DNA of 32,000 bases from Candidatus Bathyarchaeia archaeon (GTDB lineage: Archaea; Thermoproteota; Bathyarchaeia; JBHIEI01). Location: assembly GCA_046760555.1 (NCBI GenBank), contig JBHIEI010000004.1, forward strand, positions 322 through 32,321, written 5' to 3'. Below are positions 24,612 to 31,311 of the stretch, one piece after another. How positions within the stretch are numbered: the stretch's first letter is position 1; each line of letters opens with the position of its first letter. The position numbers and the translations under genes are program-made. The notes below the pieces were generated by a model. It searched no databases and was not told the DNA's origin. It saw only the letters and a program-made list of their open reading frames with translations.

Positions 24612-24806
24612 CTAGCTCTGTGAGCTACTCCTTGGGCAAACCGACCTGAAGGCGCAGAAACTGCTTGGATACGTCAATCCGATGTGTTTAACGCATTGTA
24701 TACAACACTGCCTGACGAGGCAAGAGACGCCCTCGCATCCACCGCACAGATTAAGTAGGGGGCACCTAACACAATCCTTTCCGCAACCACCGCTAGGCAC
24801 AATCAT
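24612..24806 (-). CDS. Cys-rich micro-ORF (13 Cys in 64 aa), coding status uncertain
   Basis: MIVPSGGCGKDCVRCPLLNLCGGCEGVSCLVRQCCIQCVKH... starts at an ATG 16 nt after the tRNA-Trp 3' end and ends 53 nt before the TGT-like gene. It has CxxxCxxC and CxxCx5CxxC spacings. I see no promoter of its own. Confidence 0.3.
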   Translation of the reverse strand: MIVPSGGCGKDCVRCPLLNLCGGCEGVSCLVRQCCIQCVKHIGLTYPSSFCAFRSVCPRSSSQS

Positions 24807-24821
24807 TTGTTTCGGTTCGTT

Positions 24822-24983
24822 TGGTGGGGCTGGGGAGATTTGAACTCCCGCCCTACGGGTTCCCCCAGCGCGCTCCAGAAGATCCTCATCCCGAAATCGG
24901 TCAGCACGCTTCCACAGCCAATGCTTCTGGAGCCCCTAACGTCGGCGAACCGATGTCGTCATAGCTGGCTAGACCACAGCCCC
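24822..24983 (-). tRNA. tRNA-Trp (anticodon CCA) with two introns (19 nt at 28/29 and 66 nt at 37/38), CCA encoded
   Basis: Minus strand: GGGGCTG TG GTCT AGCCAGCTA TGAC G AC[ATCGGTTCGCCGACGTTAG]GGG CTCCAG[66 nt]A CCCGT AGGGC GGGAG TTCAAAT CTCCC CAGCCCC A CCA. Removing 24936-24954 and 24861-24926 gives a 74-nt body with a perfect ACGGG/CCCGT anticodon stem. Both insertions can be drawn as BHB motifs. Confidence 0.8.
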
Positions 24984-25042
24984 ACAGTCTTTGTTGTCCC
25001 ATACTACCCTTAAAAATTTCGTTGGGTTGTCTGGACACCAGA

Positions 25043-25117
25043 TGGGGCCGGGGAGATTTGAACTCCCGACCTCGCGGGCCCAAGCCGCGAATCGTAGCCA
25101 TGCTGGACCACGGCCCC
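25043..25117 (-). tRNA. tRNA-Pro (anticodon UGG)
   Basis: Minus strand: GGGGCCG TG ... CGCGG CTTGGGC CCGCG AGGTC GGGAG TTCAAAT CTCCC CGGCCCC A. It is intron-less and has no encoded CCA. Confidence 0.9.
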
Positions 25118-25233
25118 TTCCTTACACCTCGATTCCTTACCATGTACTTCCAACTTCTAATCAAGGATGTGGGGTCATTATTCTAAGCCCAGATTAAATA
25201 ATTATCCACGGATAGAAGTTTATTCGAAAAGCA

Positions 25234-26442
25234 TTGGATTACTACCATGCGACCAGGGACTTTTGGTTAAAAAACCTGGCATCCCAATTGAAATCACCGA
25301 CCTTGGTGAGGATCGACATAAACGTCCCCGTTGTCGATGGTAGAGTGGTTGAGGATAACCTGCGTCTACAGGTTTATAGCCACGTGCTGGAGCTGCTCTC
25401 GGAATACTCCGGGCTCGTTGTGATGGCTCACCAGGGGAGGCCGGGAGGGAGGGGCTTCATTCCGCTCGAGCAGCACTCGATCGCGCTCCGTAAGTCGTTG
25501 CCCTCGGGTACCAACATCGAATTCGTGCCGCTAAAGGAAGTCTTCAGTGAGCAGACCTTAAGGAGGATTCGGGATCTGAGGGAGGGAGACATCCTTCTGC
25601 TGGACAATGTGAGAATGTTGGACGAGGAATACCACTTCGACCCTTCTAGCTCGGCTTTTGTGGATCACTTCAAGGGGTCAATTAAAACCTGTGTTAATGA
25701 CGCCATATCGGTGTGGCATCGACCCCACTCCAGCTTGATGTGTCTGCCCTACATCGCCACAACGTACATCGGTCTCAGATCCACCCACGAGCTCAGGGCC
25801 CTGAGCGACATCCTGAATGAGAAGGGCGAGGATTGTGGCATCGTCATCGGTGGCTCGAAGCTCGGTAAGGCGAGTTACCTTGCGAAGATCCTGAAACGCA
25901 TGGAGGCCTTCACGGGGGGTCTACCCGGGCAACTGATAGCTCGGGCAAAGGGGTTTGATCTGGGGAAGAACAACAACAACCTACTGAAGATGAGACTTCG
26001 CTCGGATCATTTCGAACTCGCTAGAATCCTGGTCAAGAGGTTCGATGTGCACCATCCGATCGACTTCTGCGTTGTTGAAGATGGGGAGAGAAGGACAGTA
26101 CCACTGGAACAGATGAAGAGGAGCGAGGGCTTGATCATGGATATCGGAGAGGAGACGATCAAGGAGTATGCTTCGAAGTTGCAGGAGAAAACGATCAAGA
26201 TCAGGGTAGGACCGCTGGGGGTTTACGAGCGGGGGTTCGACGGTGGGGCGAGATTGACGAAGATGATTGCTGGAAGCGGGCTGATCTTCGTGGGGGGTGA
26301 TACCTCTCAGGAGCTGATCCGGTACGATCTCGATGGTAAGATCTCTAGCATGGGGGGGCTGATCCTTCTTGGCGGGGGTTCGTTCATTCATGGGTTAGCT
26401 GGTGAGCTCTATCCCTCGGTCGACCTAATCCTGAAACAGTAG
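25234..26442 (+). CDS. pgk: phosphoglycerate kinase (archaeal type)
   Basis: 402 aa. It has LVRIDINVPV (R.D.N.P), VVMAHQGRPG and GPLGVYERGFDGG...FVGGDTS. TTG start at 25234. Confidence 0.9.
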   Translation: MDYYHATRDFWLKNLASQLKSPTLVRIDINVPVVDGRVVEDNLRLQVYSHVLELLSEYSGLVVMAHQGRPGGRGFIPLEQHSIALRKSLPSGTNIEFVPLKEVFSEQTLRRIRDLREGDILLLDNVRMLDEEYHFDPSSSAFVDHFKGSIKTCVNDAISVWHRPHSSLMCLPYIATTYIGLRSTHELRALSDILNEKGEDCGIVIGGSKLGKASYLAKILKRMEAFTGGLPGQLIARAKGFDLGKNNNNLLKMRLRSDHFELARILVKRFDVHHPIDFCVVEDGERRTVPLEQMKRSEGLIMDIGEETIKEYASKLQEKTIKIRVGPLGVYERGFDGGARLTKMIAGSGLIFVGGDTSQELIRYDLDGKISSMGGLILLGGGSFIHGLAGELYPSVDLILKQ

Positions 26443-26483
26443 ACCCTCAACGTCGACCCACCATCGCATGGTTCGATCGAGAG

Positions 26484-26557
26484 AGCCCCAGGCGGGATTC
26501 GAACCCGCGACCTGATGCTTACAAGGCACCCGCGCTTACCGGCTGCGCTACTGGGGC
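26484..26557 (-). tRNA. tRNA-Thr (anticodon UGU)
   Basis: Minus strand: GCCCCAG TA GCGC AGCCGGTAA GCGC G GGTGC CTTGTAA GCATC AGGTC GCGGG TTCGAAT CCCGC CTGGGGC T. It is intron-less with discriminator U. Confidence 0.9.
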
Positions 26558-26609
26558 TTCCATTGATTAGTGGGATCGAACTTTAGTCTTTTCGCCGTAG
26601 AACGAGCCT

Positions 26610-26700
26610 TGGTGCCGGGGGAGGGACTCGATCCCTCGATCTCTGGATGTCTCAGGCTCCCTCATGAGTCCAGCGCATTACCAGCCTATGCAACCCCGGC
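26610..26700 (-). tRNA. tRNA with anticodon CAU (elongator Met or Ile2-type), 14-nt canonical intron, CCA encoded
   Basis: Minus strand: GCCGGGG TT GCAT AGGCTGGTA ATGC G CTGGA CTCATG[AGGGAGCCTGAGAC]A TCCAG AGATC GAGGG ATCGAGT CCCTC CCCCGGC A CCA. The intron (26649-26662) forms a minimal BHB. The central helix is CTCA/TGAG, the bulges are TGA and ACA, and the outer helix is GG/CC. Confidence 0.85.
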
Positions 26701-26701
26701 C

Positions 26702-27451
26702 TCAATATGATTGCGCTTCCTTGTGCTTTTGACTTTTTATCGTGATGACGCCCGACCTCGTGCCAACATAGGCCAGCGTTGCCATCCGGAGGAAGAGCCC
26801 ATTCTCTACGACCCCCGGGATGAGATTCAATTTTACCTCCAACCCCAATGGATCATCGATGAATCCAAAATCGGCATCCACGATAACATTCCCATTATCG
26901 GTGATAACAGGACCTACCTTACCGCTCCCCTTCCGCACCTTTCCGCTCCCACCCAGTCCCTCGACCCTCCTCAAAACGAATGGGAGCGCGAAGGGAAGCA
27001 CCTCGATCGGTAATGGCTGCCCCTCCCCGAGCCTGTCGGTGAGTTTGGTCTCATCAGCAATTATGACGACATCTCTAGCCATGGTGTCCACAATCTTTTC
27101 AAGGGTCAGAGCCCCTCCGCCACCCTTTATCAGGTTCAGCTGCCCCCGATCTATCTGATCGGCCCCGTCGATTGCCAGATCGATCGTTGGGTGCTCGTAT
27201 GGTGTTGCTATCGGTATGCGATGCTCCGAGGCGAGCATTTGGATCTGCAAGGAGGTTGGTATGCAGCTGACCTCGAGGCCTTCGGCCTGGATTCTATTCC
27301 CTAGGGCTTCGACCGCGTGAACGACTGTAGAGCCACTTCCGAGACCAACGACGGAACCGTCTTTGATGTGACCAACGGCTTTGAGTGCGGCTCCCCGCCT
27401 TGCACCCTCGATCCATCCTTCCTTACTCCTCCTCGACCTCCATCCTCTCAA
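26702..27451 (-). CDS. rpiA: ribose-5-phosphate isomerase A
   Basis: It has VVGLGSGSTV, AIDGADQID and KGGGGALTLEK motifs. The TTG start at 27451 overlaps the upstream gene by 29 nt, so the true start is uncertain. Confidence 0.9.
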   Translation of the reverse strand: MRGWRSRRSKEGWIEGARRGAALKAVGHIKDGSVVGLGSGSTVVHAVEALGNRIQAEGLEVSCIPTSLQIQMLASEHRIPIATPYEHPTIDLAIDGADQIDRGQLNLIKGGGGALTLEKIVDTMARDVVIIADETKLTDRLGEGQPLPIEVLPFALPFVLRRVEGLGGSGKVRKGSGKVGPVITDNGNVIVDADFGFIDDPLGLEVKLNLIPGVVENGLFLRMATLAYVGTRSGVITIKSQKHKEAQSY

Positions 27452-28166
27452 GCTTCTTCAACTCCTTTTCGATCTCACCCATCAGCCTTCTGACCTCTTC
27501 ATCAGCCTTGGTCTTCTCTTTCCGAGTCTCCTCCCTCTCCTCTCCCTCAGTAGTTGGAGTTGGTGGAGGAGTGGTGGGAGGCTTCGGTGGAGGCGCCTTG
27601 ACGATCATGAGCTTTTCTCGAAGATCCGCCATCCTCTTATCCATCGAGAGGTACCTCTCGGCGAAATCCTTCACGAGTTTTCCCCTCGTCTCCTCCAGAT
27701 CGTACAACTCCGCTACAGCCTCGTTGCGGGCAGCCTCCTCGTCGAGCTTATGCATCCTTTCCCTATACCTCTCAACCATACCCTCCGCCTCATCGCCTGC
27801 TAGGATCCCCTTATCGCGCGCCTCGTAGATCTTCGTGATGAAGTCGGCTAGGAACCCCCTCTCCATCTTCAGGGCCTCTAGCTTACCCTTAGCCTCCTTA
27901 GCCTCCTCGAGCTTTACCGTATGTTCTAGGGGTCGAGCGAGAACCTCTTCGACGGCGACCTCCCTGACGGGAAGCTCTTCCTCACCTGTCTCCATCCTCC
28001 TCGGTTTAGTTGCCGAAAAAACAATGACGATGAAAAATGCAATGGCAATCAATCCTATGATAACCGAGACATCCAACGTGGAGAGTGGAAGGGGCTGAAG
28101 TATGGGTTGTAAAGCGGTAGCCCACCGGGTGTTACCGATTGCTTGGATGATCTCGATCAGCGTCAT
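27423..28166 (-). CDS. membrane-anchored coiled-coil protein with a Pro/Thr-rich linker
   Basis: 247 aa. A TM helix (VSVIIGLIAIAFFIVIVF) is followed by Glu/Lys/Arg-rich heptad-like segments, then APPPKPPTTPPPTPTT and an acidic tail ending EVEEE. I recognise no family. Confidence 0.6.
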   Translation of the reverse strand: MTLIEIIQAIGNTRWATALQPILQPLPLSTLDVSVIIGLIAIAFFIVIVFSATKPRRMETGEEELPVREVAVEEVLARPLEHTVKLEEAKEAKGKLEALKMERGFLADFITKIYEARDKGILAGDEAEGMVERYRERMHKLDEEAARNEAVAELYDLEETRGKLVKDFAERYLSMDKRMADLREKLMIVKAPPPKPPTTPPPTPTTEGEEREETRKEKTKADEEVRRLMGEIEKELKKLERMEVEEE

Positions 28167-28592
28167 ATGTCAAAACTTCTCTTAAAAATAACGATCCCTG
28201 GGCAAATGGTTAACTTATTTTGACCTAACTCCGTCCTCACCACGCTCCCTGCTCCCCCTTCCCGATTCGTGTTATGTCTGATAGTTAATTTAGCTTCACA
28301 TTTCTTTCGATGTTTGCATTTAGTTCTGATCATCGTGATGCCGCAGCTAGAGTCACAGCCCAAATCATCGTTGTCCGCGGACATCTAGTCACATGTAACA
28401 TCGAGGTACCGGTGATAGTTGGCGATCTGAGGGCAGGGCGATGAGACAGCGAATGGCAGAATACTACTAGGACACCCTCCCGCGGCCTAGCCGCAACCTT
28501 TCATGCTGGCACCATAGGCGCAGAGGTAATCCCAAACATTCCAAGAAATGTTTGAGTAAAAGATGATTAGCGTGGAACCCATATACTGAGCT

Positions 28593-29090
28593 ATGGTTAG
28601 AGCCCAAGTTCTGGAGTTCGTACGGAACCTGGCGCCACACCATCATTCGGTCTTCTTTTATGATTCGTTGGAGGACAAGCATGAGGTCCTCGCCGTGTTT
28701 GTGGAGGCTGGTCTGGAGAACGGGGAGCTGGTCATCTATGTAGCCAGCGAAGAAACGCCTCGACAGATCACCGAGGCACTGAAAGGGTACGGTGTAGACG
28801 CTGGCCATGAGGGCCTGAGGATTTTGAACTTCGATCAATGGTACGTTATCGACGGTAGGTTCAGCCGATCGACCGTTACGCAGAATTGGCAGAAGGCCGC
28901 CTCAACGGCGATTGAGTCGGGCTACAAGGGACTTAGGGCAATGGGTGAGGCAGCCTTCGCCTTTTCGCATGGCTTGGAGGAGAAGTTCTCAGAGTACGAG
29001 CTGTCCCTTGGAAGCGAGCTGAAAATCCCGATGACAGCCATATGCCAATACACCATTAGCGTCATTCCAAGCGATCGATACCTGGCATAG
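28593..29090 (+). CDS. MEDS-domain protein (stand-alone)
   Basis: HHHSVFFYDSLEDKHEVLAVFVEAGLENGELVIYVASE... and ...MTAICQY match the MEDS (methanogen/methylotroph DcmR sensory) domain pattern (H.c.fY.seee....f...gl..ge...y.......lC.Y). Confidence 0.7.
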   Translation: MVRAQVLEFVRNLAPHHHSVFFYDSLEDKHEVLAVFVEAGLENGELVIYVASEETPRQITEALKGYGVDAGHEGLRILNFDQWYVIDGRFSRSTVTQNWQKAASTAIESGYKGLRAMGEAAFAFSHGLEEKFSEYELSLGSELKIPMTAICQYTISVIPSDRYLA

Positions 29091-29401
29091 CGTTGAAGCT
29101 GGTTGAGTGAATTTTAACAAAAGCCTAGCTCTAGCTGGCGACCGTGCTGGTAGCGATCGCCGAAGAAACGCGTATGACCAGGCTATTGTGTCTAGGGCAA
29201 TCGGAAAACATGAAAAAACGCAAGCTTGTGGAATTGCACAATCCTCCTGAGTCGCCCTAGGGTAAACGTGTGGGGCTTCTCAGCGTGCGATCCACGATAC
29301 GGCTGGACTACCCGGGGCTATATCTAGCAACTCATCGAAAAAATGTGCTTTGGTACCAGACTGGTGGAGGAACCTGGGAAAGTCTGAATAACTTGGGATA
29401 T

Positions 29402-30427
29402 TCAGTTTGAAGAACAATACGATTCATCTAACGTCAGCTTCTTCAACTCTCTCTCAAGCAGGGCCAGTTCCTTTTCCGAGAATGCTTTCGGATGTACAGG
29501 AATAAGCATAATGCCATTTTTAGTTGCCATGTCGTTGCGTTTATCCTGGACAAAGTTGTAGGTTGCGTGGAACCCATTACGATCTACAAGGTACTCCAGA
29601 CCATCCAAGAGGACGATGGGATCTTTAGCGGAGTCAACAAAACCCACTATCAGCAAGGACAAATCAAGCAGACTGTGAACAGTTCTCTCCTCCCTCCCAC
29701 CCTTATCGGTTAACCAAAAGATAGCTGATCCATCCACACTGTATTTCTCCCTAACTTTTTCGGGATGCTCTCTGCTAATACACAAGCCCTCCTTTTTCAG
29801 AAGCAGATTGGAGTTGAAAATGTGGAATGCCTGCCTTGGGTCGTCCCCCACAATCATGTAGCTTTCCGATGGCTCAAGCCGATATTTCGGCAGAGTGCGG
29901 ATAGTGGTTCCGAGCGTGGGTCTCTCATTTTGGCTTGCTTTCTTTACGGCAAGGGCGGCCTGATCAGCGTAAGCCTGCAAAGATCGAACATCCCTAGGGC
30001 TGAAGTCATCGGGTTTATCGCTATACACGTTGAGAGCACCTATCACCCTGTCCTTAATCCTCATAGGGAAAGCTGCCGACGAACGGTAGCCCCTCTCCAT
30101 CGCCTCCGATCGCCAGGGTTTATACCTTGGATCAGTGTCTATGTGACGTTGGGTAACGGGTCTTTGCTCCCTGATTGCTGTGCCCGTTGGACCCCTACCC
30201 AATGGCGAATCATCATACCTGATGGTTATTTTTTGCAGATACTCTCTTACAAACCCTGCGCTGGCGATGGGTCTAACCTCTTTGGATCGTTCATCGATTA
30301 ACCCGATCCAAGCCATTCTATAACCGAGTCTCTTTACTACATCTTCGCAAATGAGATTCGAGATCCACGCTAAATCCAAGAAAGAACTGAGTCGTAGGGG
30401 TACTGGCTGAAAACTCGCCACTTTCAA
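29402..30427 (-). CDS. GAF domain protein with C-terminal DUF835-like domain
   Basis: The N-terminal half is GAF-like (MAWIGLIDERSKEVRPIASAG...GPTGTAIREQRPV...SSAAFPMRIKDRVIGALNVYS). The C-terminal half (SYMIVGDDPRQAFHIF...GLCISREHPEKVREKY...IFWLT...) matches my recollection of DUF835. TTG start. Confidence 0.75.
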   Translation of the reverse strand: MKVASFQPVPLRLSSFLDLAWISNLICEDVVKRLGYRMAWIGLIDERSKEVRPIASAGFVREYLQKITIRYDDSPLGRGPTGTAIREQRPVTQRHIDTDPRYKPWRSEAMERGYRSSAAFPMRIKDRVIGALNVYSDKPDDFSPRDVRSLQAYADQAALAVKKASQNERPTLGTTIRTLPKYRLEPSESYMIVGDDPRQAFHIFNSNLLLKKEGLCISREHPEKVREKYSVDGSAIFWLTDKGGREERTVHSLLDLSLLIVGFVDSAKDPIVLLDGLEYLVDRNGFHATYNFVQDKRNDMATKNGIMLIPVHPKAFSEKELALLERELKKLTLDESYCSSN

Positions 30428-31118
30428 GATATAGAAAACGACGAATAATTAATATACCGTAACAGAGCGCTCAGCTGCGCCTGTTTTCGTAATATGGAGC
30501 TAAAAAAATTACGGAATCGGGAAAAATGCACTCTGCGAGCTGAAGAGCCGTTTCGCACCTGTCTTATCCTCAGGTCCCTCGGCGAAAAATAAACCGAGTC
30601 ACTTTGGAGGAATACGCCTTTAACGTTTACTTCTCGAAAACCTCTGGAGGTTCTCACGAAACTCCAGCAATAGCTCGACCAACTCTGAACTGTAACTTAT
30701 GGTTTTCCTTCTTCGCCCCCCTCTATTTTATCTTGAGAGGGAAGCATTCGCCTTGTTAAAAACCACCTGACGGCTCCGACGTAGGTGACGATCAGCGACC
30801 TAGATATCGTCCTGTCGGCGTTTTTGCCGGTCTTCTTCCGTGCTCGTTTCGCGGCCAATCAATCCATGGTTGACCCTGTTCTTCAGGTTCTCGTTGCCGA
30901 CGCGACTTCTTGCGATCCCCCCTTCGCCTCGTCGATGAGTTGCGTAGCGTCCATCCCGTGAACTCCTGACGCCGAAGGCACAAAGCCCTTGGTCTTATTT
31001 CCAGCATCAAACATGGAAGGAGAAACTTGTCGGTTTACTCCGATGGCGAGGCAGGTTTAGAAAAATCACACCGCTTCAAAAGAATTAAGAGAAGCCGCGG
31101 CAAAACTACATTGCATGA

Positions 31119-31223
31119 GCCCCGGTGGCTCAGTGGCTAGAGCAAGCTGATTGCGGTCAGAGCGGCTGCCTCGTAGCGCCGAGAGAGAGCAGTAGGTCGC
31201 GGGTTCGATCCCCGCCCGGGGCT
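31119..31223 (+). tRNA. tRNA-Thr (anticodon CGU) with two insertions (about 20 nt after the D-arm and 12 nt at 37/38)
   Basis: GCCCCGG TG GCTC AGTGGCTA GAGC [AAGCTGATTGCGGTCAGAGC] G GCTGC CTCGTA[GCGCCGAGAGAG]A GCAGT AGGTC GCGGG TTCGATC CCCGC CCGGGGC T. The spliced form is a 73-nt tRNA with a GCTGC/GCAGT stem and discriminator U, as in the other Thr tRNA. C3-G70 rules out the alternative Ala(UGC) reading. A T-run follows. Confidence 0.75.
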
Positions 31224-31311
31224 TTTTCCCATGAAAGCGGGCAAAATATGCGTAAAATCAAAGAGGCTAAACCAACATCGAGGTAGAGTAAGACAAAAGG
31301 GGGTTTCAGAA

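Noticed and set aside
24807-25197. ORFs 24807..25013 +, 24901..25164 - and 24991..25197 +.
   Set aside because: They overlap the tRNA-Trp and tRNA-Pro genes and have no protein-like features.
28163-28384. A 73-aa minus-strand ORF ending in an ATGA overlap with the coiled-coil gene.
   Set aside because: AT-rich TATA-like elements that probably drive the downstream gene lie inside it. It has no upstream promoter-like element and no recognisable motif, so I treat it as intergenic.
28467-28838. A 123-aa minus-strand ORF.
   Set aside because: It is antisense to the 5' part of the MEDS-domain gene, and the MEDS gene carries the recognisable domain signature.
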